Below are positions 1 through 12,180 of a stretch of DNA of 64,000 nucleotides, piece after piece. The notes under the pieces were generated by a model that saw nothing but the letters and a program-made list of their open reading frames with translations, made no database searches and was not told the origin of the DNA. The translations under genes and the position numbers were made by a program. Location of the stretch: the NCBI GenBank assembly GCA_951406725.2, contig OX597814.1:38130001-38194000 (forward strand), written 5' to 3'. Within the stretch, counting starts at the first letter, position 1. Each line of letters opens with the position of its first letter. Origin of the DNA: Octopus vulgaris (lineage: Eukaryota).

Positions 1-485
1 GGTGTAGGCACATGCCAGAAATGGTTACAGAAAAGGAGAATGCAACCATACGCTGGGATATGCTAATGCACTGAAATAGAAAAAAATAAGGCCAATAAGC
101 CGGATTTAGTTGTCAGAGATAACCAAAAAATAAAGCTTTCTAATTGAGGTATCAATACCAGCAGATGACAATGTTTCTCGAAAAGAATGGGAGTAACTTT
201 CAAAATACAAATATCTAGAAATAGAGGTAACTGGATTATGGAATCTACAAACTGAAAAAATGCCTATCATAGTAGGCTTATTCAGTATGATAAAAAATAA
301 TGAAACAGATTCATACCAAAAACACCAAGATTTACTAGTATATATAAATACAAAAAATAGCACTGCTAGACCCCACACACATCCGACGTAAACCACAATA
401 CAGTGAAAATAGGAACACAACAAGAAACCGTATCACACTACCAATTCACACAGAGCTGCGCTCGGTTGTGCAGTGGAAGCACCTG
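1..485 (+). mobile_element. R4/Dong-clade non-LTR retrotransposon, degraded 3' end (restriction-like endonuclease domain plus 3' UTR)
   Basis: Translation across frameshifts and stops gives HMPEMVTEKENATIRWD..KANKPDLVVRD..FLIEVSIPADDNVSRKE..SKYKYLEIEV..LW..PIIVG..QKIALLDPTHIRRK. This matches the RLE (RPD..D..K..KY) and C-terminal QKxxLLGTAHILRK pattern of R4/Dong. It ends at a (TA)n tract. Confidence 0.85.
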
Positions 486-669
486 ATATATATATATATA
501 TATATATATACCATCTGCTTACATATACATATACACGCTCATACAAACACACGGAGACAGAAACACACAAATACACACCTATACGCATGCATATCCGTAA
601 GAATTGATATGTTAAGGTAATTATTGCTTCAATTCAACTCATAGTATTGTTCCTTAGTCACGGTTTTAA

Positions 670-900
670 GACCATTCATGCGAAGAGGTGACGTTGTCTG
701 GGATTTCATGGGGTATCCATCCAAGTTCCTCATTGAAATGTGTTTTATTCTTTCTCGATATCTTCGGGATATTACCCTATAAAAATATGGCTAAATGGTT
801 TGTGTTGGATATTGTTTCTGGGCTGTCGATTTGTCCTGAGTAAATGACGTACAGGATTGTGTCCCAGGTGTTGGTGATTTTAATAATGATCATTAGGGGA
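670..900 (-). mobile_element. Very old CR1-like LINE 3' fragment
   Basis: With a frameshift, the minus strand gives F.RNLDGYP.EIPD, similar to FKMKLDLFLSGVPD at the end of the LINE ORF at 30.8 kb. Confidence 0.35.
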
Positions 901-1399
901 GTATATACGTTATATTGTTCACATTCTACAAATGATCTAGCACCCAAAGCGACGATAAATTGAATGCCTCTCAAAAACCGAATCTCATGCCCTGTACTTA
1001 ATTGGAAATTGCCTTTTATTTGTTTTGTTATTCTTTGTGATAAAAGAAAGAATGAGATATCAAAAGAAGATCATGTGCTTCGAACAAAGAAAGAGAAAAA
1101 AAGAAAACGATGATCGCATCTGGCACTGTAACAAATGCTACTCGTTTCAAAGAGCTCACGCTGCAAGACATTCAGGTTTATTGTTGATGTTTTGTGAATT
1201 ACCTAATATTCCCCAATGTGGAAGTGAAAGTAATGAGCATTAGTACAGTACGTTTACACATGCATACAGGCACATTCTCTCAAAAACATATACGGAGGCT
1301 CATATTTTATATTACAAATATATTCCATGTCTGCATATATTACATACATATACTCTCCGTCCCTCTCGCTTTGTGTGTGTCTATCTATATATCTACATC

Positions 1400-1720
1400 A
1401 GCGCTTAGAGCGTCGAGCTTACGATCGTGATGTTGTGAGCTCGAATCCCGGACAGGGCTGAGTGTTGTTTTCTTGAGCAAGACACTTTATTTCACGTTGA
1501 TCTAGTTCAGTCAGTTGTAGAAATGAGTTGCGACGTCACAGGTGCCAAGCTGTATCGGCCTTTGCCTTTCCCTTGGATAACACCTGTGGCGTAGAGAGGG
1601 GAGGACGGTATGCATGGACGACTGCTGGTCTTCCATAAACAGGCTTGCCCGGACATGTGCCTGGGAGGGTAACTTTCTAGGTCGAATACCCTGGTCTGTG
1701 TCGTGACCGAAGGAGGTCTC
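1400..1720 (+). mobile_element. tRNA-derived SINE with CORE-like central domain
   Basis: B-box-like GAGCTCGAATCCC, then CTTGAGCAAGACACTTTATTTCACGTTG (CORE-like), then a distinct 3' tail ending at (TACA)n/(TA)n. Confidence 0.8.
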
Positions 1721-1735
1721 ATACATACATATATA

Positions 1736-1828
<93 letters not shown>

Positions 1829-1994
1829 GCTGGGTTCACGCGTCGAAGATGACATATGAGTATTCAGGTTTTTTCCTGAACGACCAGCACAAATGATTTG
1901 TGTATAATGATGAAATGTTCATGCCTAGCATTATCTCCTTTTCTCCACCAAATCAACGTTGTCAGAAGAAGTGCACTGTGTGCCACACGTCAAG

Positions 1995-2120
1995 TGTCGA
2001 AGTGACAGCAGATCAACGTGAGATGAAATATTTTGCTCAAGAGCACTACGCATCATCTCGTCTAGCAATTGAAATCATGACCTACCGTTCATGAGTACAA
2101 CGTCCTAACAACAAGGCCTC
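1995..2120 (-). mobile_element. SINE head and central-domain fragment
   Basis: The reverse complement contains a tRNA-like head and CTTGAGCAAAATATTTCATCTCACGTTG, homologous to about 1470-1500. Confidence 0.6.
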
Positions 2121-2133
2121 AATATGCCCCCTC

Positions 2134-2190
<57 letters not shown>

Positions 2191-2479
2191 CACATATAGT
2201 CTTTTAGTTGCTTTTGCTCGAGAGACATGGTCAAGTTGTGGTAACACTATAAATATCCCTGCATCTTCGCTAATCCTTTTGTAATAGCTAGCATTAAGGG
2301 AATAAGGGAGTTTTATTTACATCCCCATGCACTCGCAATGTACACATGTATTCATTTTACATAACACACACACGTATATGCATACATACATATATAAGGC
2401 GTGTGATATATATATATATATATATATAAGGCCTGTGATATGTATATATATATATATATACATATGAGTATATTAAGGC

Positions 2480-2522
<43 letters not shown>

Positions 2523-3665
2523 TGTGTGTGTGAGTGTGTATGTGCGTATGTATAAAGGTTCTGTATATATTTCATGTATGTGTGAGTGTAACTGTATGCT
2601 TTATGTACGTGTATCTATGAACACGATGACATGGATGTGCGAAATTCAGAATTTCGCTTCGTTTTATTGAGAACTATATCAAAATTTAGACCCTGATTTA
2701 TTCCGTGGCAGCATATTTCAACGTTTCAATTTTTGCGCGGCATTAAGGAAACTCTTTTGAATATAGTTGTCAGAATTTTGATGCAATCTATGTGACAGCA
2801 TAATTGGGTGATTATATATTTTCATTCAATGTGTATCCTTTGAATCTTATATAAGACAGCATCATTCTGAAAATTGAGTTAAGCTTACAAGTATGTATTG
2901 AATTCTTAACATGTCGAATGTCGCAAGCTAATTGCATAAATAGCTACTTCAAATGATCAAACAATATGTGTGTGTTTGTGTTTATGTATGTGTTTGGAGG
3001 GGGTGTGTTACATAGATATACAGATATGCACTCGTTCACGTACGGTATGCAAATAGATATCGGGGTTGAAGAGCAAAGCTCTCTCAACTAATCAGACTGG
3101 CGAACATTTAAGTAGATTAAGCCATCTTAAATCTCGGTAACGATGTTTATTGAAATCAACCCGTGCAGACAAAAATATTAACATTACCAATCAAAAATGC
3201 GGAGTAGTACAAGAAACGTATTGCTTGTTGTCAAATCATTACCTACACTCAATTGACTGTCAATATTTTATAAATTATTTTACTATGCCTGCGTTTGATG
3301 GACAGGTTGTACATAAATAAAGAAAACTATGTTTTAATAAAGTTAAGTATTTTGCTACACCGAGAAATATAGATTTCACTAGGGTGTGAGTAACCAGTCA
3401 AATTTTGTAGAATTTCACAAGTTGTATTTCAATACACTTTGAGACACACACAAACACATCCGCACATACATACATACATGCATACATACACACATATATA
3501 TATATATGTAAGTAAATACACACACACACACACATATATCTTGACGTATGCATATCTATAGCTATCTATCTATCTCTTTCCATAATCTCTCTCTCTCTCA
3601 CATACACACACACACACTTTCTATATGCATATAAATATATATAGATAAAAGATGTATGTTTTCTT

Positions 3666-3902
3666 TCCGAGCCATCCAGGCTCATAAGGGCTGCTTTCCC
3701 AGTTTCAGTGCCATATATATGGTTCCCCCTTGACGGGACACCGATCCGCCGTAGGATTATAAATTTTTGTCGGTTGCATGGACTGGTGCAACGTGAAATG
3801 GAGTATTTTGCTCAAGGACACAACCAATCACCCTGCCCAGGTATCGAAATCACAATTTTATGATAATTAATCCAACAACCTATCCACTAAGCCATGCGCC
3901 TC
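3666..3902 (-). mobile_element. tRNA-derived SINE with the same central domain and a different tail
   Basis: The reverse complement starts GAGGCGCATGGCTTAGTGG (A box), contains CCTTGAGCAAAATACTCCATTTCACGTTG, then CCTACGGCGGATCGGTGTCCCGTCAAGGGGG. Confidence 0.75.
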
Positions 3903-4033
3903 AACTATATATATGTACATATATATATAGACATATACATAAACATATACACATATAGATCGATATAAATACATACATACATAAATAAATACATGCATAC
4001 ATACATACATACATACATACATACATACATACA

Positions 4034-4087
<54 letters not shown>

Positions 4088-4579
4088 AGCAAGATATAGG
4101 ATCATTCAAAATATTTCTGAAGCTGTAATATCGAAAGTAATAAGTAGTTTTTTCTACTTTCTTATCAAATATTATGCTAAGTTTATCTGAAGACTAACGT
4201 TAGTAATTATAACTCGTTTGCGTGTTTTTCTTTTTTTAACATTTCTACAAGGTAGAAATGCAACCGATGGTGCGTTTGTTATATGCGTGAGGGAGCGAAC
4301 CTGAGTGAATGCGCGTTTTATAGCATTTTACGTGCCCTTCTTGTTTTTAGTAATTATGCATCTATCTCTCCGCTGCATATTGCTGCTATTTAAGGCAAAA
4401 TATGTTTCTTTTTATTTCCATATAAAATGCATTATTCTTGTTATTTCATCTTTTAGCAAAATTTCCTTAGACATCGTTTACACAATCCCGCTCACAGAGA
4501 TTACTATAATCTAGCAATACGCATATTTTTGTATCGTATCTAAACACGAGATCATCTGAAGCCGTAAGGGGATTTTGAA

Positions 4580-5457
4580 TAAGGGGCAAATTGTCGCCAT
4601 ATACTACTTTTAATTTCATGCATGCGCATTGTTTGCTTTTGATTTTGTCGGCTACAGATTATAGTAGGGTCCGATGGGCACTGCCTGTGATAAAAACAGT
4701 ACCATGACACGATTAACTCTGCCGGAAATTTGGAAACATGCTGTAATGCTTAGCATTCGCACCGGAAGCTCCAGTACAAACATTTCAGAGTGTCTGGGTT
4801 TCAATCTGAGGACAATGCAATCCGAGGACGTCACTGAGAGTGATAAAATAAGACATCTAGTCAACATCATGCTCTTTGAGAGGATCACTAGTGATGGCGA
4901 CCTTTTGCGTCCACTCATCTTCGCATATGGACTCAAACTCAACACGGAGGCCTACACTAAATATTTGAAGAGGGTAGTGCTCCGCTGGGAGAAGAGGGGT
5001 GGCTGCTGGAAGACCCTATATCTGGCAAGAGGACTCTGCACCATGTCACACAAGCAGGAGAACACACTCATAGTAGTCAGATAATTTCTGCGACCATATT
5101 ACCCCTAAAATCTGGCTGCCTAACGCCCCAGGCTGCAACACACTTGATTATTATGCGTAGGACGCAATTCAGCGAGAAACAAACAAAACTCATTGTAGCT
5201 CAAAAGATGAGCTGAAGGCTAGGATAATGACAACATTCACCAACTTAAAGAAGGAGATCATCCAGATGAGCTACAGGAGATTCCAAACTCCTCTGGCACC
5301 ATCGGTTGAAGCCAATGGTGATGATATTAAATGAATTTACTCCTTAGTAATTTAAGACATATTTGTGTAATTTTGTTAAATATATCTGTTAAGATGAGAC
5401 GTCAGTGATACTTTCACTTTTGCATAACTTAGACTACAGTTTATTCACCGCACACTG
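4580..5457 (+). mobile_element. Tc1/mariner-superfamily DD37D (maT-like) transposon relic, internally deleted
   Basis: Translation gives ..GLKLNTEAY..RPYIWQEDSAPCHTSRRTHS**SDNFCDHITPKIWLPNAPGCNTLDY, with exactly 37 residues between the last two catalytic Asp. It ends ..VEANGDDIK*. The right end is TIR-like (..CACCGCACACTG followed by TA). The left TIR was not found. Confidence 0.88.
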
Positions 5458-5633
5458 TATATGTGTGTACATACACACATATATTTATATATCTATATAT
5501 TTATATATGTTAAGGATATTAATATACAGAATTGCCTCACGCTTCGAGGGACTCTTAAAGTCAAAACTACCATAAAACATTTCACCGAATGCGAGGGAAT
5601 GCAACACTCCAAGTGAGCATTTATATATATATA

Positions 5634-5676
<43 letters not shown>

Positions 5677-5684
<8 letters not shown>

Positions 5685-5998
5685 GTTTTATACTGTCAAT
5701 CTAACACGAACGTGACAGTAGGGGGTAAACCACCGCTGTTTAGCCCTAGGTAGCATCGACGCCTCCTGGCGGTTTTGATACATTTTCCCTGTGTCCTTAT
5801 ATACATTTACGAAGGGGAGACAAATACCCCCAGCCGCCAGGGCTGCATCAGGAGGCGTCGATGCTTCCTAGGGCTAAACAGCGGTGGTGTACGCCCTACT
5901 GTCACGTCCGTGTTAGATTGACAGTATATAACCATTCTATCGCCCCACCACTGTACATGTCTCTACGAGAGATTTAGAAATTTAGTATTTCTGATATA
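5677..5998. mobile_element. Fold-back element with 92-bp inverted arms, probably a Penelope pLTR relic
   Basis: 5677-5768 is the reverse complement of 5849-5940 with 5 mismatches. The spacer is 80 bp. A unique tail lies on one side only and both flanks are (TA)n. Confidence 0.7.
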
Positions 5999-6015
5999 AA
6001 TATATATATATATAT

Positions 6016-6018
<3 letters not shown>

Positions 6019-6074
<56 letters not shown>
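6019..6074. repeat. (AG)n microsatellite
   Basis: Pure GA tract, read directly. Confidence 0.95.
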
Positions 6075-6076
<2 letters not shown>

Positions 6077-6254
6077 CATAGATAAATATTTTGATAGACA
6101 TCACAGACAGATAGCTAGATATACTATATATGTACGTATATGTATGTATATGTATGCACGTATAATTGTGGGCATGTATGTGTGTGCGTGTTCATAAATA
6201 CATAATGTTTATATCGATATCCATAGATAGTACTTAATATACATGTATTTACGT

Positions 6255-6296
6255 CTGTGTGTATATACATACATACATATATACATATATATATAT

Positions 6297-6345
<49 letters not shown>

Positions 6346-6382
6346 CATATATATACATATATATACATATATATATATATAT

Positions 6383-6423
<41 letters not shown>

Positions 6424-6446
6424 TATATACATACATATATATATAA

Positions 6447-6534
<88 letters not shown>

Positions 6535-6535
6535 T
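6255..6535. repeat. (TA)n/(TACA)n compound microsatellite, representative of dozens in the window
   Basis: Read directly. Similar tracts produce nearly all the YIYI-type ORFs in the track. Confidence 0.95.
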
Positions 6536-6659
6536 ACAGTTCATGAGATACTTTTGTATATGAAAGTGATAGACATTCATATAATAAATCGTTTATAGTT
6601 AATGTTAATAAAACATATGAGAAAACCAGTCACTAAAAGAGAAAATGAAAGGATGCCTT

Positions 6660-7020
6660 AATGAGAAAGCAAGAATAATCCAGCAAAATATACCACGACA
6701 TTGATGAAAAAGTTAACAGACATAATCTACGAAGTGCATTTTCAACACTGGAAGATCACAAAAAAATGATCCATAATCCTAATAACAGACAATATAATCC
6801 AGATGAAGGCAAGCTTGTTATCATTAGCAAATTAATATTAGAGGAAATTAGCCATCACATCAGAGGATCCTCAAGCTATAATTAATATCTGTATATCTGT
6901 GGACCAACTGATTAGTATAAGCGTCTAGATAATAAGCATTAATATGAGTTCATACAGTTGAATATTTTCGGATTGTACCCGTCAACCTCGAAAGACATCC
7001 GGCTCCAGGTCTTACAATAA
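6660..7020 (+). mobile_element. Penelope-like element reverse transcriptase fragment (degraded)
   Basis: AFSTLEDHK..NPNNRQYNPDEGKLVIISKLILEEISHHIR..FIQLNIFGLYPSTS matches the PLE RT pattern AFITLKDHK..NP..RLINP....G.ISK.IL..FDI..FYPSI. Confidence 0.75.
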
Positions 7021-7409
7021 TAATTGCTATATATCACAACCACGAAGTTTCAAACTGAAAATGTTTGCAAAATGAATATTATTGAAACTGCGCTTTAATA
7101 TTTGCAAATTTTGCATACGCGATTTACACGTTAACATCGCTCAATCTATGGTAATTTGTATTAAAGCGTTGTGGCTCGACTGCACTTTTCATTCTCCTAT
7201 TTAAGATTATTAACCCTCTGCAGTTCACAAATGTATTTTACTATTTAGCAGATATATATTTTTCTATATGATGTAGTTATGTCAATGAGTAGGCATGCTT
7301 TTACTTTTTAACGCTTATCGACAATGACACGTCGAATGACATTTATTGTGTAGTCTGTGGCGACTGTTAACATCGTTGCAGCTGTTATTTCGATTATTTG
7401 TAGAGTTAG

Positions 7410-9250
7410 TGTTTGTATCAAATTTTAGCGCAATCTATACCATAGTGTTTGCATAGCGCTGTGAAATCATACCTAGCTATGTATTCGGTTGGGGTGAAGA
7501 CGGGATATTCTGGAGTAAAATGATCGTTTGTCTCTAATTGTTCGACACAGACATTTCAACTTAAGTTTGCTCCATATTTGAGCCTGGTTGTTTGGTAGAT
7601 TCTTATAAATAAGATTTTGACTCATATTGCACAAAATTTATACCTTCGGTGTCCATAGTTTCCCTACGATTGAGTGTAGCTTTGAGAACCATACTCACCC
7701 TCGTATATACCTTGTGATGCAAAAATGCTCTCCAGTTTTTATTGCCCTTGCCAAATCGAGTTTAATGGCTGATGCTGCAGTTAGCTTTCCCTTCTTCAAA
7801 CTTGTTTATCACGTCCTAACGTCATTCCTATATCTCCGCGAAATTGTTATTCTTTTATTGTAACTTATTCTGAAGCTTGAACATTTTTAGCATATCTTTT
7901 CAGGTCATCCATAAAGAATAAATGAACACTTAGCTGTTGCTATTGTTGTTTGTATGCGTGAGGTGGAAGAGATTCACCTTGGAAGATTCTGCAGTTTAGT
8001 TTCATTTCTTTGACTCTGTTACCGCGGTTTGAAACGAAATATGAGTTATAGTTACACCCTTCTTATTTGCTTAGAAAAATGCGCATCCTTTCAGTAAATA
8101 TGCACATCCTTTTGAAAACAGAATTGTGTAATTTATATTAAGGTATGTATTCCTCTATATATCTTCGCTAATTATTTTGTTTGTTTCTGGTGTTTTCGGT
8201 TGGGGATTTTCTCGAGTTTTGTATAAGGGCACTCATCTCTTTTGTTAACGCTTCGTACATTCCTATAAGTGTATATAACCAGTAATTTGCGATTTGATCT
8301 ATTCCTGTTGACTTACATTTCTATTATGTTATAATGGTTTGTCATAGCCCCGCTACTTCCATCTATAATCATTTTTGATCGTTCAACATTTTTCAGCATT
8401 TATTTTCCTTATTAATATAGGCGGCTGGCTTCTGATTTTCTTCTGAAATTAATAATCTTTAATCATATTAGACTGATCATGTCTTTCTACTGGTTGTTTT
8501 CTTCTAAACCGCTTTGCGTCTGTTTGAAAAATCATGTTCTGTCTACAATAATGTATTTATTTTTATCATTTCATCTAACCCATTGTGATTTGTCTAGTGT
8601 GTGCTGTTTCAGGGTCTAATTAATTATAGGCTAAGTATATTTGTTCATCTCATAATTTGTACTTTCTTTTGACTGTTCTTGCTTTAAAAATTTTGACATT
8701 CATTCCTTTCGTAATCTCAGTAACAATCGTCAATTCCCCATTCAGATGTTTACTTTTTGACATTTCACTTTGGTTACCTGTCGAAAAGTTTGTTCTTTAT
8801 CTTTACTTTACGTTCAGTTTGGTTGCTCATACAGAATACAAGCTTATTGATGTTTTTTAGATCAGTTCCACTTGCTCTCAGTATTGCTGAAATTACTCTA
8901 GATTTTATCTGTTTTTCCTTTCCCATTATATTACTGTGTGAATTGTCAAGCATTTTGGCGTTCATATTTGGCCGTATGTTTTTCCTCTCCTGTTTTTCTC
9001 CATACATGGCATATCAGTTCGATAATATTACGATGCTGTCAATTAATGACTGAGTAAATAGTTTTCATCATATCTTTACAATTGTAAACCTTTCTACTTT
9101 AAATTCCGTTTTCTGTTAATATTTTGTTGTGGATGATCTAACAGTTCCGGGTAGGATGTTTACCAGTTCTGATAAACTTTTGCACTATTCATTTGGTATT
9201 TTTCTCCAGAAGTTTGTTTCACGAAATCCTTCTAGTGTATACCACTAGGA
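7410..9250 (-). mobile_element. R4/Dong-clade LINE relic, heavily degraded
   Basis: Minus-strand remnants: KSTGIDQIANYWLYTL (start of RT, consensus KAPGPD.I.NFWLK.L) near 8300, and ETNDHFTPEYPVFTPTEYIARYD..LCKHYG (CCHC knuckle region, consensus ETIDHI.SGCP.LA.TEY..RHD) near 7440-7540. Confidence 0.75.
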
Positions 9251-9812
9251 AATCAGTACATTGGCAGCGCTTTAGATTGACGAAGCACTATGATCAGTGA
9301 AATTTACATATTTACCTGATATTAAATATCTCATTTTACTTACAGGAAAAGAAAATTCTCTGCACTACCATAGTAAACATGTTCGCTTAAATAGAATCGA
9401 GGGAACTGATTTAACCCATCGAGGGATATTGTCCTACACCAGTACCTTATATCGCGCAGCTAGAAGGGAACAGACAGGTGCCTAATAATTGAAGCCTTGG
9501 GCAGAGTCAAGTTTGCTGAAGAGGCTGAAACAGACTTCAGAAACCTGTTCTAGGCACAAAACAACATGATATTTTTGGCATTACACTTTCCATTACCTCA
9601 GTGACTATATCATCACCACCATAGTCTTCATCTTCATCAACAGAACCAGCGTCATCGGCGTAGCCAGTGTAGTCGGCTTTGTCACCCTCGTCGTCGCCGG
9701 CGTCGTCATCATCGTTGTTGTACGTACCAGTGTTGATTTAATTCTCATAACGTATGCTTAAAATATGCATCGCTTTGCTGCTTTCGCATAGGATTATGGA
9801 GACATGGGTGTA

Positions 9813-9932
<120 letters not shown>

Positions 9933-9959
9933 TTTACACACTCCCAGACATATACACAG

Positions 9960-10238
9960 AATTCCAGCATGGAAAGTGGTATAACCAATTTAAAAGCACA
10001 CAAAATGCGTTAGATTCACTTCAACATTTTGATTTAGTTTAGCAAATATTTTGTGTCACGTTAAAACCACGACATGTTCACTCCCAAAATTCCGTGCTGC
10101 ATCGGAATTCTGTTAGTGAATACGACGCAGTTTCAAAACGACACAAAATATTTTTTCAAACTAAATCTAAGCGTTAATGTGAGTCTAACGGCTTTCGTCT
10201 GCTTTTAAATGGCTCACACACACCTTCCACACTGCAAT
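9960..10238. mobile_element. Diverged fold-back element with about 120-bp arms
   Basis: 9960-10082 aligns with the reverse complement of 10115-10238. Shared blocks include TTTAAAAGCA, CGTTAGA(T/C)TCAC, GATTTAGTTT and AAATATTTTGTGTC. Confidence 0.75.
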
Positions 10239-10284
10239 TGTTTTTTCTTTCAGCACACAATCTCAGATGAAGTCATTTGCTGTG

Positions 10285-10375
<91 letters not shown>

Positions 10376-10512
10376 ACATAGAGAGAGAGACAGACAGACA
10401 TATTGACAGATAAATATATCGGTAGATAGATAGATATCTAACACTCAAACAAAAGCGTGCACCCACAATCAGTCACATGCACCTCACACACAAACTCACA
10501 CACCACACACAA

Positions 10513-10554
<42 letters not shown>

Positions 10555-10916
10555 ATACACATGAGTGGTGTCTCAATGTTGACATTCTAGTCTGTTTCAC
10601 CCTTAAATACTGTTTATTTCCAAATGACACTATGACTACGGTTGATTTGGTTTATATGCTTCATAGTTTTACCTTTTCTTTTTTTCTTATACATTTTCTT
10701 ATAAGACAAAGTCTTCAATAACCGATTCTTACAGATACCTAAGTCATTATTGCGAGAGATTTTTTTTATATACTCGGTATTAAATTCATCAGACGTTGTT
10801 TAACAATTCTCTTCACTGAGTTCTTGCAAGATTACTGGGACTCGACTATGACCTCCTTACTTATTCAGTTATTGTTTACACAGGATCCACTCACAGTGTT
10901 TCGTATATAACGTGCA

Positions 10917-11338
10917 GGCCTAGGAGTGGCTGTATGGTAAGTAGATTGCTTACTAACCACATGGTTCCGGGTTCAGTCCCACTCTGTGCCAACTGGGCAA
11001 GTGTCTTCTACTATAGCCTCAGGCCGACCAAAGACTTGTGAGTGAATATGGTAGACGGAAAATGAAAGAAGCCCGTCGTCTATATATGTGTGCGTGTGTG
11101 TGTTTGTGTGTGTGTGTGTGTGCGTGTGTCTGTGTTTGTCCCACAACATCGCTTGGCAACCGATGCTGGTGTGTTTACGTCCCCCTAACTTAAAGGTTCG
11201 GCAAAAGAGAATGATAGAATAAGTGCTAGGCTTACAAAGAATAAATCCTGGGGTTCATTTGCTCGAGTAAAGGTGGTGCTCTAGTATGACCGTAGTCAAA
11301 TGATTGAAACAAGTAAAAGAATAAAAGAATAAAAGAAT
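10917..11338 (+). mobile_element. Full-length tRNA-derived SINE, family A (octopus OR-type; family name inferred)
   Basis: Head TGGCTGTATGGTAAG..GGTTCAGTCCC, CORE-like TGGGCAAGTGTCTTCTACTATAGCC, internal (TG)n, tail AAGGTGGTGCT..AGTCAAATGATTGAAACAAG(TAAAAGAA)n. Confidence 0.92.
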
Positions 11339-12038
11339 GATTTTCATAAAATATATCAGTCTAGATGTTTACTAGATTCTTACATGTTTCTTTTTTTTTA
11401 TTTTATCGTTTCCATCTTGAAGAGAAATTCGTATCTTGGCTTATCCCATTGTTTCACTTTCCAAAATGATATTTCTTCATAAGTGCTTCGTGATTGACTA
11501 CAAGTTTCCTAGCATGAATGCGAGTAATTTTGCCGTTTGACTACTAGAAATAATGTACAAATAATTAAAATAATTAAAAATTGCGTATGCCACGACTGAT
11601 AGTAATATCTTTCTTTAATTGTGCTACAAACAATAGTGACCCTATTGCGATACTCAAAGTCCCCCATGTCCCTTACTCAACTTTAGTAACATTATTTCTT
11701 ATTTTGTGCGCACTTTTCCTCAAATCTTGATATACAGAAGACATATTGTCTGTTATAGTACATGTATATAAACTATGGAAACAATGTGGATAACAATAAC
11801 TTGAATTAATGATATTGGTTGCTTTAATTCAGTCAGTATTAACTACTTCAGTGAGAAGACGATTATACATTCCGTCGATGTACTTGAGATAACGGTGAAA
11901 CATTACGCCTTACCATCCGAAAAACCTTGAAGCACGCAATGGAAAATATGAAAGTAGCAACTCGTGAAATGCTTTAATGTTAAAGGATGTAATGCGTTTC
12001 CCTTTTAAGACTTGCGAGTATGGTTAAATAACACATTC

Positions 12039-12180
12039 AGCAGCAGCAGCACCACCATCATCATCATCATCATCATCATCATCGTCGTCGTCGTCATCAT
12101 CATCGTCATCATCATCCTCATTATCATCAAAAACAGCAGTAGCAACAACAAATAAGAACACTACCACCAACAACAGCAAA
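12039..12180. repeat. (CAG)/(CAT)/(CGT) trinucleotide cluster
   Basis: Read directly. Confidence 0.85.

Noticed and set aside
9516-9555. CTGAAGA..GAAAC CT GTT resembling a hammerhead
   Set aside because: Stem II is not adjacent to the core and stem I is mismatched, so it is consistent with chance.
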